From: Cercozoa sp. M6MM
Lineage: Eukaryota > Protista > Endomyxa: Ascetosporea
Strand: one strand, 5' to 3'
NCBI GenBank assembly: GCA_040357565.1
Contig: JBDODJ010000033.1
Length of the DNA: 64,000 nucleotides
The notes under the pieces are model-generated. The model was not told where the DNA came from and did not search any database. It saw nothing but the letters and a program-made list of their open reading frames with translations. A program made the translations under genes and the position numbers. Position 1 is the first letter of the stretch. Each line of letters begins with the position of its first letter. This document shows positions 12,378 to 25,378 of this stretch, one piece after another.

Positions 12378-14229
12378 GTTTGTGGCGCGCGTCTTGCGGC
12401 TGCTGCCTATCAGATGCCGCGCAGCTGGTCAACACACGCGTTGTTCTGGGTTCGTAGAAACGTATGGTGTGGCGTGACTTTGAAACACTCCTGCGGTTGA
12501 ACACAGTCACAAAACAGCGCCCAACAATCTGGATGCAGAGCGCGACTGGGCCTTGCAGCACCGAGCAGCAGCACACGAGAACAATACTGGGACAGTGCAC
12601 TCGTGGTCCCAGTGTGAGCTGTTGCCGGCCTAGTGTCCAGAACGTACTTTCCGTCCAGTGCACTTCTCACGGTGTGTGACAAGTTCACTTGACGGATTTC
12701 AACACCTGGACGAGTATGATGTTAGACGTGCCTCATTGTTGCAAGCAACCACGTACATGCTGCTTGTTTCATGCATGTTGCCCGCCGACCGATGAATCAT
12801 CTTTTGCAACGGCATCAACTCGTGATTATTATTTGTCTGTTTCGATCGCCTTTTGTCTGCCGCAGGCGGCTGTCAACACCTATGCTGTATGCGGCAGTCA
12901 GTGGAAAACCTTTATGAGACCGACGTGCTAAAACACCGTAGGTCGAGTGACGCAGCTCCTGATCGGTTTTGCAATCAAAGTGGTCCATGCCCCTGCTGAT
13001 ACTGCTGCTTCTATTTCTTGTCGGAGGTACGCTTTATCCTCTTGCCAGTGCTTTAACAACTTAGTTCTGCTTTCCCGTAGTGTGCGATTCGTTTGCGATG
13101 AGCGACTTTGATACCAGGGTGGGTTTCCCGTCACGTCGGTTGACCCCTGGGAGAAAGATGCTTCATTGTTGTGGCAGGAGAAAGATGCTGTCGAGAGCGA
13201 AATTGCGCAAATTGAGGCACTGCAGGGTATTTTACAACAGCGTTTGCAATCCTTGCATGCGTTCAACAAGCCGCGGCACCCTGACCGTCCTGCTGAAGAA
13301 GGTGTCGACTTGATTCATTTTGCCTTTGATCCTGCGTATTTTCATTGGTTGGAAGGCAGAGGTGGCCTACTAAATGTTTGTGGGTTCCTTAGCTCTGTCG
13401 CAGGTGCTACGACAGAACAGTGTGCGAACTCGCTTGCTTCCTGTTGAATTCTTCCTCGTATGCGCTCAACATTTTAAGAGGCGCTATGCAGTACCCGGAT
13501 TGACCCTGATATTTCTAGTCGGCTCACGCGCTCTATGAAGGCCTCTGTGGACTGTTCGGACGACACCCAAACGTTGCTGCGCAATACGAGGAGTTTCTAC
13601 GCCGCCTTAAGAGTTCGAAAGTGAAGCTGTATCATTACCTTTCAGGATTAGTGTTTGCTTTATAAATGATGCTGCAGAACTGCCACCGAGTACCTTCGAA
13701 TCGCACGACTTGGAAATAAGAGTGGCGTCATTCGAGAAGGCAGAGTCGCTGTCACCGATGAGGTCCGTTTTTCCAAGGAACTGATGACAATCTAAGTCAT
13801 CAGTTTGAATCCTGGGCACAGTACGCGGCACTGACCGTTTTGATAGAGAGGAACAAATTTCCGTACCAAACTGAGGGTACAAAATATTCAAATTGATACC
13901 TGAAGATCTGTCGATGATTGAACTGCGAGTACAGGATCACACTACTGGCTACTCATGTCGGAGCAACTGGACCGCGGCACCATCGCGCAACTCCTTGATG
14001 CCAAGTTTCCGTCTTGTGACTACGCGTAAGCGCACCTTTTACCGACTATACAGGATGTGGACATATTGGCGAGGAACACAATTTTAGTGTGCGAATAACA
14101 ATTGAGTGTATTCGTCCAGTATATAAAATTATATAGTATATATTACTAAATAGTATATATAGCTGATACATGTAAGAAATATGTATATACAGTACCATAA
14201 ATATACATCGACTGTTCTGTTTTTGTTGC

Positions 14230-14690
14230 AGCTGGTGGCAGAATTTCTACCCAGACAAGTTGTAAGTCACATTTTAGCATTCGTTCTGGCGGGCTTTGAA
14301 AGCCATTTCCATCTTGGGTGCCTATTCAGCAAACCCGACCCAGACGCAGAATACATAAACTGCGCCTCGATACCGCAGATACCTCATGCACAAATCCTCG
14401 TGGCTAACAGGAAGCACTGCGGGGGGCGTGGAACCTTGGCGGTACTTAGCCTGCGGGTCTGAGCGTGCTGGAGCATAACACCACCAGTCTAATCTAATTA
14501 CTTTATGCGTTTCGTTTATAGACAACGCGAGTGGAGCTTCCCCTGCTGTTTGGCGAAATTGTAAAACACTTTCCACTTGGGGGGGGGGCATCCTGGCATT
14601 GTTCGTTGGTGCTTAGGTCATGTCGCGCGACTGGCGTACCATCGATGCACCTGTAGTTGCAATCTCGTCGATGCCCGAAACACTGGAGTG

Positions 14691-14729
<39 letters not shown>

Positions 14730-15356
14730 NNNNNNNNNNNNNNNNNNNNNNNNNNNNNNNNNNNNNNNNNNNNNNNNNNNNNNNNNNNNNNNNNNNNNNN
14801 NNNNNNNNNNNNNNNNNNNNNNNNNNNNNCACACACACACACACACACACACAGACACACACACACACACACCGCGTTCTTCGGCATAAAAATGTGGCAG
14901 GTACACCAAGACGTTGCTACCGCATATTCCTCCAAAAGCAGAGAAAGAGGAAGCCAAGTCAGGCACTCCGCCGCATGATGTCAGTTTCTTTGATTTGCAC
15001 TAGGGGATCATTAATTCAATCCAGACTGGCATTACCCCCTGGGCAACTGAGCAGACACTTTCGTCCGAAGTAGAGCGGCTCGTCAACGCAAATCATGATA
15101 GTTAGTATCCGTCGTTACCGTACAGCAAATGCTCAGTTTCGTTGACTGTCGTTTGCGCTCGTTCCGCTCGCGTCGCCGTGGGGCCAGTCAGGTCTTGGGA
15201 ACCCAGGTATTGGATGGGATGAAGCCACTCGCCGCCCGCCGCGGGGCAAACGACATGATGAAAGAAATCCGAGATCCGCCAACGTTCGATAATGAATATT
15301 ATAAAATAATACAAATGCAAGACGTTTTTCGTGGACATGTACGCCCAGTAGCGTAG
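14230..15356 (+). CDS. Possible hypothetical multi-exon gene (fragmentary; spans a gap)
   Basis: Open coding-like segments bounded by AG/GT (LVAEFLPRQVVSHILAF...; GIINSIQTGITPW...; MLSFVDCRLRS...RPVA*). The exon chain could not be fully resolved and may extend upstream to about 13000. Confidence 0.25.
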
Positions 15357-15410
15357 TTCACGTTAGCTAGTTTCCCGGCGTTCCGTTTGTTTCATGCGTC
15401 GGTTGCACGT

Positions 15411-16937
15411 TTACTCAGTCGTAGTTAGCAACAGAGGACCGTCAGGGGTCGCAAGCACCTGTGACGCAACACAATTCAGCAGATTGTAGTACTTATGGTG
15501 TGTCTATATACCATTTCTTCGTGCTGCGCCGACCAGGAGCCATCCTTCGAGATAGCTGCCCAGCCATCGGGCCAGGTGTCATACTGAGGGTAGCCTGCGC
15601 AAGGTACTGACATGCAAACAGACTGAGTACTCATAATTTCAATGTACCCTCAAGGACAACCGGCTCAATGGTGAAACACATGAATGGGAAGATCTTAAAG
15701 TGCGTCCAGGAATCGTCTGTTTAATCAAGGTTTGGTCACCAAAGCACAAACAAACCAGAGGCCGCAAAACAAAAATGAACAAGTACCCTGCCCTTCAAGG
15801 CCGCGCAGCGAGTGGTTCACAAACGGCATGCTGTGGAAGGCAGCGCCGACACCATGTCCACAAAAGGCACTGTCGACACTGTAGCCTACGCACACCACAC
15901 GGATTACGAGACTTTAACTACGACATCGCAGGCACAGAAACACACGTACCATGCTCTTCGCAAAAGGGTTCGATGGCACGGGCAATGTCGCCCAGCGGTT
16001 GTCCCACCTGCGCCTGGTCGAAACCACGTCGCACCGCCTCTACCCCCAACAGAGAGGTCAGTGATGACAGAGGTAACACACGAATCATAAAAGGTACCCT
16101 TGGTGACGCGGATGAGTTTGAGCGCATCCTCGTCGACATTGCCGACTGGCACCGTCGTGCAGCAGTCGCCTGAAAAGGACGGGTGCAACAATGACGTACA
16201 TGCAAAGCAGACAGAATGCGCGGAGGGTACCGTAGAAACCGTCGATCAGCATGGAGACGTCCAGTGTGACAATGTCACCGTCGCGCAGCTCGCGCGTGTC
16301 CGGAATACCGTGAAGCATCATCTCGTTGAGGCCTGGACAGTAAGCGATATGCCACAGGTTGGTAGCACACTCCGCATTTGTGAAAGTACCAACGCCAACC
16401 GTTTTGGGAAAGCCGTGGAAATTGCACGGAGCAGGGCACGCGCCATGTCGCACAATGTACTCATGCACTTTGCGGTCAATGTCTTCAAGCGACACGCCCG
16501 GCTTGGCCAACGAGCCTGCGTACTCGCGCGTCTCTGCTGCAAACTTGCCGGCAACGCGAACACCTTTGATGTACCGCTTGAGCGACTCCTCGTTCTTAAA
16601 GTGATCGTTCAGGATACTGAAAGGCTGCATGCTGCCCTGGCCTATACGGACACAAGACAAATCTACTGAAGTAGATTGCGGTCGAGTGGCCGATACCCGA
16701 CACAAACCAAGGCGTCTTTGGCACTTCGTCTGGTACGTTAAAGCCGCGCGAGGTTACGATGCCGTCTTCACGGCGCAGCGGTGGTGGTCGACCTGAACAC
16801 AGCGTGCTGGTTTGAAACAACCGCAATACAAGAAGACGGAAACACAAGGCACCAAGAAGCTTGTGTCGCGCGGCGACTTGCGCACGCCGCTCAACCAGCG
16901 TCGCAGCGGCTCGCACTGCATCGTGGCGCCCACTCAT
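15411..16937 (-). CDS. Methionine aminopeptidase type I (MAP1D-like, probably organellar)
   Basis: Motifs GFPKTV...NEMMLHGIPDTRELRDGDIVTLDVS, GFYG|DCCTT, FCGHGVG..FH, FTIEPV, WPDGWAAISKDGSWSAQHE and VLATPDGPLLLT; all five metal ligands (D, D, H, E, E) are visible. Confidence 0.9.
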
Positions 16938-17103
16938 CTCACTAAAATTGTAGTAGCACCGGTGCTCGCACAGTATTGCGCGTCGGTGATCTACTCTGAT
17001 CACTTTTCGGTTTTTGGGATTGCCGTTTGGTGGGTACTTGTCGGTTCCACAAGCGGTATGACTCAACTACTAGCACTTGAACAATGTAACAATGTGAGAT
17101 AAA

Positions 17104-17883
17104 TTAGTAGTCGTCGTCACTGTCGTCATCATCGCTGTCGGAAGCAGCGACGACGTTCTGCGCAGCCGCATTGGCGAACGCCTGCTTAACCTCATCGTTG
17201 CGAGCGACGAGCAGTGCCGTGTTGTGCTCCTTGTTCGGCATGGTGCTGTTGGCGCCGGCTGCCAGCAGCGCCGCCACGCTGCAAGCACAAGGGATACATG
17301 ATTAATCGACATATCTCTAAAAGGCAAGGTACGCATCGGGATGACCGCGCCACGAGGCTACGTGCAGAGGCGTATCGTAGATGTCGTTGTACACGTCAAG
17401 CTGGGCGCCATACTGCACCAGCAGATTGATCACATCGACATGACCACCGGCAGCAGCACGGTGGATCGGCAAGTCGCCCCTGCACCCAGAGTAGATTTTT
17501 CAATGGTGGTAACAGGTAAGCAGCAAAGCTACAGATCGCCTTGAACGTTGACCAAGTGAGCAGCCCTCTGGAGAACCTTGGTGACTCCGTCGTAGTTTCC
17601 GACCTCGCAGAAAGCAAGAAGTCGCTACAGCACAAGGTACCTATGTTCACAGAAACAAGCCCCATTGAGTTAAAGAAAAAACACCTGCATATCAGTAGGT
17701 TGCGAAGCGCTGGCTTGCACCGTCTGTAAACAGCAAAAAAGTGCAAGCCAAACTATAGATGACAAAGAGATCAGCTACTTCTCGGCCGGCCCAGTCATTA
17801 CTGCTCTGAAACAACAAACAAAGATTATGAATCGCCAACGAACCGACAAGCACTGCAGTCACAGGTACCTCAAATGACGCCAT
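17104..17883 (-). CDS. Small ankyrin-repeat protein with acidic tail
   Basis: GDLPIHRAAAGGHVDVINLLVQYGAQLD, DTPLHVASWRGHPDA|VAALLAAGAN, NTALLVA; ends SDSDDDSDDDY*. Confidence 0.8.
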
Positions 17884-18162
17884 CTGCTCTCACAATACTA
17901 TAGCACACGTATTGCACGGAGAGATGCACTTGTTTGCTCGGGTTGGGCTTTGGGCACGTGTCGTCTCAACTTCCTTGCATTCCGATTTTGGTCAATCGAT
18001 CAACTGGACGTAGCCCGTCGTTCGTAAACAGTAAAATAGTAGCGTGCTACTGCTTTACGTGAGAGCTAGTAACTGTATATCGTTCAGTTAACCCTTAATG
18101 CAACATCAAACACTGCGACCCCGGGTCTCGAGGACATCGCGTGTACTACTAGGACCGTCGTG

Positions 18163-19030
18163 TCACCGCGCGTACTTCAGTAGGTACTTGACGGCTTTAT
18201 CAATGTTGGTTCCATTCTTGGCCGACAGAGGGACCACCATCCACGCGTTTTCGCTGATGTAGTCGAGGTTCAGTGCACGGATGAGCTCGTCCTCAGGAAC
18301 ACACGTCGGTAGGTCAATCTCTGGGCGCAATGTGTATTTGTAACAGTCACAAAGCAGCAATTTTATGAACAATGGTACTGTTCGCAAGCACGAGCAATGG
18401 CATTCCAGCCAGTTCTCTGTCATCAAGAAGCTTGTGCAACTCGTGTCTGCAGATATATGAAGTGTGCGAGACAGCCGTTGCAAGTGAGTTGATACCTCGC
18501 ATCGTCTAATCTTTCGACATCAGCAGCGTCGACCAGGAAAATGATGACATCACAGCCTCTAGTGTATCTGGGCCATTCCGACCTGTACTGGCGCTGACCA
18601 CCAATGTCCCACACTTTGAACTGCACGCCTTCTTTCTGCACCCAAACTGATGGTCAAAGGAGCACGCAGTTACAAAGTGCGCGCGTGTACCTTCATGATC
18701 CGGACGTTTAATCCAACTGTTGGCGGCTCTTCTATGTCGTTAGGACCAAACGCCATCTGGTTACAGAACGTAGACTTGCCAGCTGTCAACATGCACAGTA
18801 AGTACAGGAACAAAAAAACAACTTATGTCTGTGGATTGTACCGTTCTCCAGACCAACGAGACAGACTTCGATGTGTTTTTCGAAAAACAGCGACATCAAC
18901 TGCAAAACACAAAGGCATCAAGCATAAGATAGTCTTTCAAGGCTACGCGGTTCCCTGCTAAAGTTCTACGACCGGCAGAAGAATAATACTACTCGTATAA
19001 AATACACACCTTACTAATCAGGCCGCCCAT
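18163..19030 (-). CDS. ARF-family small GTPase, Arl8-related (probably Arl18)
   Basis: MGGLISK|LMSLFFEKHIEVCLVGLENAGKST (G1), PTVGLN (G2), KVWDIGGQRQYRSEWPRYTRGCD (G3), LVLANKID (G4), LSAKNG (G5). N-terminal MG myristoylation site. Confidence 0.88.
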
Positions 19031-19364
19031 GGCTCCTATGCGCAAATATACAGGCTGCGCACACACAAGTGCACCTTTGCAGATCACAACTACAGCAGTT
19101 TCAGAAAAATGAATTGAGCATCGCAGTTGGTTGATCGTTGTTGAACAGCCAAAATCAAGAAAACCGGTGGCGAAAAATCGACTATTTTCGGGGCTAAATG
19201 CGCATTGTCATGCAACTATTGTATTTTAATTGTATTTAAGGGCGGCAGACTGGTACTTCTTTTCCTGAAATACATGTACTGACCTTATATTCTGCTCAAC
19301 TTCCAAAGATGTACCAGTCTGCCTATTCTTAGACCCCGCTAAAGCCATCACGTTATATCCAAAG

Positions 19365-20180
19365 ATGGCCTCGCGTGTTGTGCGCGCCGCCCAGCGTGCG
19401 CTGTTCTCGATGACGCCTGCAGTGCAGCGCCAGGCTGTGCTGCGGGTGCCTCGTGTGGCGCTCAACTCGCGTTTTGCCTCCATCGGTGCGTCTGACGCCA
19501 TCTCTGCTGATTGGGAGGCCCGTCTTGCTCGCCCCGCCAAGGTTAATTTCCATATTTGTGCCTCGCCCCGATGCGTGCTCAAGTTTTGTTGTTTGTTGGC
19601 AGGATGCGCTCAACGTTGACACGGCCGGTATCAAGTCGCGCACCATCATCAACAAGCACAAGATGCAGGCACTCGTGCGCTGGTTGAGCAACAAGGTGCG
19701 TCGCGTTATTTATATATATATATATATATATGTATATACACATCTATGTGTTGTGTGTATGTGTATGTGTATGTGTGTGTATGTGTATGTGTGTGTGTGT
19801 GTGTGTATGTGTGTGTGCCGCGGTTTGGTGCAGGTCTCAGTGGCGCAGCAGCACGGTCTCCTTCCGGTGGGCCAGGCGCCTTCAATTGCCGTTCATGTCA
19901 ACGATGACATCACGGCCGATGACGTGAGCTTTGCGCTCTCCAAGCTGCCATACGATTACGAGGTGAGGAAATCCATCCTTCTCCTGCAGAGCTGTCATGC
20001 TTGCTTATTTGGCTTGAACAGGTCCTTGTGGGTGACGAAGAGGTCGCTTCGGCAAAGACGGACATCTGCGTCAACTTTGACACGCCGGCTTTTGACGAAA
20101 TTACCGCCAATGAGGTTATGGCCAAGCGTGCTGACCAAATCGGCAGCGAAGAGCACAAGGTGCACACGCTCTGAATAAAA

Positions 20181-20213
<33 letters not shown>

Positions 20214-21189
20214 TTCTCAGTTTTTGATGTTGACAGGGCATCATGCTTTCGCTATTCGAGAGCGGTTCAATCGTCTCTTTCATGCGCGAGAAGATCGAGA
20301 AGGTGCTTGCTGTTCACGTGACGCGAGCCGTTGTCTTTTGTACACTTCCCATGTTGTGAACAGGGCGATGAGAAAACAAAGGAAGCCGTCGCTCAGACGC
20401 TCAGCACGCTCGGTCTCGAGGTACCGCTTCTCTTATGTGTGTGTCTGTGTGTGTTTGTGTGTGTATTTTTGGTGTATGTCGCGCAGGACGACCTGTCGAG
20501 CATCGACCACGCCGCTGCTATTCGCGCCGAAGCTGCTAGACTCACGCGTGCCGAGGTGTGTTGTACTCCCTCGGCTGTTCACTCGGCTGTTTATGCCTAC
20601 TTTGCCCCGCAGGTGTTTGAGCGCCTGCGTGAGCTCGACTTCGGTCCACTCAACGCGCGCGGTGACATGCGCCACCCGACTGTCCCGCCGACGGTAAAAA
20701 CTGATTCTACAAGTGCATATGTCCCCTTACTTCTCTGGCCCTGGCTTATGGCTTCGCGTGTCGACAGCGCGAGGAGATGAAAAACTCCATGGAAGCATTG
20801 ATCGATCACTTCAAGTACTACAGTGAGGGTATCCATGTGCCGCCTGGCACTACTTACGCCGCCGTTGAGGCGCCCAAGGTACCTTTCCTCAGTGTGCTTT
20901 TTTTTTTGACTGGGTGCTAATGTACTGATGCACACGTGTGCCAGGGCGAGTTTGGCGTGATGATGAACGTGCACCCGGAGCAGCCAACGCGACCGTACCG
21001 ATGCAAGATCCGTGCTCCCGGTTTCTTCCACTTGGCCGCACTCAAGGATATCGCTCGTGGCACGATGCTTGCCGATTTCGTTGGTACTGCCGGTGCATAG
21101 GCCAAAATGATTGCACGCTCGGATGTTTCTCGCTCTGTGCAGTTCTGATCGGTACGTGCGATCTTGTGTTCGGTGAGGTCGATCGCTAA
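19365..21189 (+). CDS. Mitochondrion-targeted protein carrying only the C-terminal ~110-120 aa of complex I 49-kDa subunit (Nad7/NDUFS2); 11 exons, ~368 aa
   Basis: Arg/Ala-rich, acid-free presequence [16 protein letters not shown]...NSRFAS. Ten GT-AG introns splice in frame. The last exons give [46 protein letters not shown]...[18 protein letters not shown]...[21 protein letters not shown], the diagnostic NDUFS2 C-terminus. Confidence 0.9.
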
Positions 21190-21607
21190 TTCGACGGCTT
21201 TATCTCAATTTTCGACTCGCAGCGACTGGAAACTTCAGTTTGAATTCCTTTTTAGTATATCTCCACTGTACCTGCTGTTGTACGGCCACGAACGAACGAC
21301 GGAACCAACGGACGAGCCTGGATCGAGGTTTCAGCTGCTCGATCCTCGATCGCTTGCTGGCGTGTTCAGGCTAACTACTACACTTTCCGTTCAGTCGTCG
21401 CGTGTTCCGTTGCGGTGCGGCCGTGAGGTCTAACTGTAACAACTTTCAACAGGAATCCATCCCAGACGGACACTCTGTGACGTGGCTGTGGCGCTCCAAA
21501 CTTCCAACATGCAGGAATCCATCCCAGACGACTGACTTTCGTTGCTAGTTTTTAGTGCTGCCGAGCTCGAGGTTTCCGGACGAGCACAGTACGGCTATAG
21601 CTATAGT

Positions 21608-22362
21608 ATGCACCTTTTGTTCGCTCTGTGTGCCGGCGGCCTCACACGCACGGCCGTTGCGGCCGCTGCGGCGACTCCGGCTAAAGTAAGCGCACCACAT
21701 AGCTCATCAGAACTGTATTTGATGATGCTGCGAAATGAGTGCAAGTTCAGGCACAGGTGGTGTCGTCTTCAGCACTCCTAACGGCGATACCTCCCGGTGT
21801 TAGTGGGGCTGACAGGTAAAACATGTTAACAGTGTCAAGATCCGACCTGCACTGAACTGAATACGAACTGCGTAGCGCTCAGCATCTACTGACGTACAAT
21901 CTGGGTACGGATTTGCGCTTAGAGCGACTCGAACCGGGTAATATTGGTTTAGCTCGAAAGCATGCAGGAAAACCGAAACAGGTTTGTGTTTTTGTACCGC
22001 GCGGTCGGTGCGCAGGGTTCAGCTTTCATTGGCACTCTCACCCGCACAGCGACGAGGTTTTCGTGGTGGTGTCGAGTGAACTGGAGTCGCAAAAACCGCG
22101 GCTGCAAATCTTGTTGATGCCCGAAGTAAAATTGTTTGCAGTATTTAGTTGCTCTTGACTTAAACTGTGTATTTAGACAGCGATGGAAAGTGAGAAGTGC
22201 ACACACGCAGCGTCCCTTCAGTATTGTCTATTTGTTTACCCTTTCTTAATCTAAACTGGATCAACTCTGCTGAAACAGAGGCGTAAACGTGGAAGTACAC
22301 AGCCTGCATGCTGGCGACTTGTTCAAGGTGTTTCACCTCGCTTTTTTTCGCGCGCGCGCGCG

Positions 22363-22428
<66 letters not shown>

Positions 22429-22586
22429 GTGTGTGTGTGTGTGTGTCATCTTGTCAAACCACACACACACGCACGTTGCAGGTACCGGCTGGCTACTGCC
22501 ACCGCGCTGTAAGTGACTCGGGCACCGACGTTTTCATTATGATCTCTCGAGAGTACACATCACATCGTCTGACTGGTCTGTCGTGA
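21608..22586 (+). CDS. Cupin-domain protein (several micro-exons)
   Basis: Cupin motif 1 FHWHSHPHSDEVFVVVS and motif 2 LHAGDLFK|VPAGYCHRA; the 5' exon structure is uncertain. Confidence 0.7.
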
Positions 22587-23459
22587 TCAACTACTGTGCT
22601 GTAGCATTGATTTCGTCACAGTATACTAAATACAGGCAGTAGATTGCAGACTAGTAGTAGTGTAGACGGAAGACGCAACTGCAGTAGTACTCCGCATACA
22701 GATTAAACCTAGCAAAACAAATCGATATCCGGCCATGCCCTAGATCGCTTGAAACTAGCTGAGACAATATAGAACACAGTTTTCAGTGTCATAGATGCCT
22801 AGCGCGGCGTAACTCGGCCTGTAGCTCTCAAACACTTTGACTTCTGCTTTACTTCTTTGCATTAAGCTGAGTTTCACTCTGTTGTTTCGCGCAGCGATGC
22901 TGGCCGAATACCGCAGCCTCGCCTGTGAACTGCCGCTCTGCGACCCTGTGACGACCTTGCCGAGGAGCTCGTGCGCGTGCAACTGGAGCTGCTTAGTCTC
23001 AAGCACTGAGACTCCCTCAACTCTCGAACCGGAAAGTACTTCCCCCTGAAAAACGATGTACTAAATCAGCGGACAGCCTCTGTTTGGCGCTTTTTTGCTT
23101 TTGCATTGGCGCTTTTAAATTGAATTAACCAACTGTGTACAGCGTTCTTCTTAGGTTTGACCCGGTGTTTACGGAAACTGAACCGACTTGAAACCGCAGC
23201 TGGACGATGCTCAATTGCAACGTCAATGAGCAAACCGACCGAAGGCGAGGTACGTCGCAGCGCGATACCGTACCGTGCGGCGTGACTGTGGTTGCTGAGG
23301 ACACTCGCTGAGGACTACGTTTAAATCTGGTCTGATGTGCGGTGGATGGGCACCGTATAGATATACGCTGTGCCATACATGCCACACACACAGTGGATAT
23401 CGATAAAGATAAAAATCGACGCGAGTGCGGTGGCATGGCCTGCGCTGCAAAGGCGCACG

Positions 23460-23824
23460 CTACGTCTCATAATGAATGCCGAACACTCGTGTCATATCGG
23501 CGGCCACCTCCTATTGTGGAGCGCACATAACTGGAACGAAACAACACAATAGACACAAACACAGTAGATCGATACCTTTGACGCCGGAGAAGCGTGCTGT
23601 GCCGACACTGCGGCCTGCTGGCGAATCCGCGAGCACAGCGTCTCGTCTTGCAGCATGGCGTCCTTGATTCGCGGCGACACAACACCCTGCGCAGATACGA
23701 GGTTTGTCTGGTAGCACGTGGGGTGCGTGGACAGAACTACCACGGTGCCGACAGTGACGAGCCAGAAGAAGCGAGTGCGAGCAGCAAAATGACCACCCTA
23801 CAGACGCGTTTCTTTCTTGTGTGT

Positions 23825-23878
<54 letters not shown>

Positions 23879-24892
23879 CAGAAAACAGGAAAAACGCACC
23901 AGAGCAACCGCAACGTCGCGCAACAGAGTGACGCACGCAGTCCACACGGCATCGTACTGCGCGTCTTCCTGTACCCGAGGTGGCACACATATACCCTTCC
24001 CTCCCCCACTCGCGACACACACACACACACACACAGACACACACACACACACACAGAACAACATACCGAACGACCCTCTCGCAGCAGACCAAACCACCTT
24101 GTGGTGTTGTGCACGGCAGCCACAACCGAGGCGGCAGCAGCGGCATGTCCCTGCGCACCCACCGCAGTCAGCATCATCTATGCCTACCACCCGCCTCAGA
24201 CATATGCAGTGTGTGCCTGTACCTTGCCTTGGCAGCGTGGCAGCATAGCACACATGTGCTGTAGGAGGGTAACGCAGAACTGCAGTAACTCAGCAGGCGG
24301 CACGCCCTTCAAATACTTGGTTTATCCATGCAAATATCCGATATGAGAGGAGGTAAGACCTGCTGTCGCTCCTGTGGCGTACGCTGCCGCTTGGCGAGCA
24401 GGTTGGCGAGTGTCTTGGCCACAAGTGACAGGGCAGCGAAAGGCTGCACACCCTGCGCTGTGGACCTAGTGGTCGCCTCCTGCAGCAAGCTGATCTGTCG
24501 AGACAATGACAGGTTGCAGTCGTCGCGGCACAGCATAACTCGCACCTGTTGGCACATACCCTCGTTGCAAATGCAAGAGACACCGATGCATGCACAGTGT
24601 ATTGGGAGGTACCATGTCCAGCACAGGCAGCGTGCCAATGGTCAGGACAGGCGCAGCAGCAGCGACGGCAGCGTCGACAGTCTCGGCATCCTTGCAGACG
24701 TGGTAGCTGCCCTACGCAGGGGCAGACCACCGATCGCTCATGTGTATGGCTGTGTTGCCCATCATGATGGGTGCTGAGAGAACACACCTGCGCAGCGACG
24801 AGCGACAGCAGCGAGGCGATCGCTTGCTGCACCTGCGGCTTGTCTTCGCCCTGGTAGGCATCGGCGACGCCAGTGACTGCGCGTTCCATGGC

Positions 24893-24961
<69 letters not shown>

Positions 24962-25218
24962 GTACAACAGACACAGACATAGGAGTCATGTGAGTACCGA
25001 TCCTGGCGGCAGCGAAGATGTCGTAGTTGCCGACCTTCCATGCCGGCAGCTGCAGTGTGAAAGGACTAGTCTCAAGTCTTCTTGTAAACAGTACGACATT
25101 AGAATTAACCCATACACACACACATACCTGTCGCGGCATCTGTGCGCGTTGCAGTTGCTGCTGCTGCAGGTGCTGCTGTCGTGCCGCTGGGTCGGCGAAC
25201 TGCGACAGGTGCGCCGCA

Positions 25219-25269
<51 letters not shown>

Positions 25270-25279
25270 NNNNNNNNNN

Positions 25280-25378
<99 letters not shown>

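Noticed and set aside
21441-21530. Two ~28-bp direct repeats (AACTTYCAAC..AGGAATCCATCCCAGACG) with a ~30-bp spacer, CRISPR-like spacing
   Set aside because: Only two units, eukaryotic context and no cas genes; best read as a local duplication.
23500-23760. GVVSPRIKDAML resembling protein-L-isoaspartate methyltransferase
   Set aside because: It splices in frame as the PUL-domain end of Doa1, and no SAM-binding motif follows.
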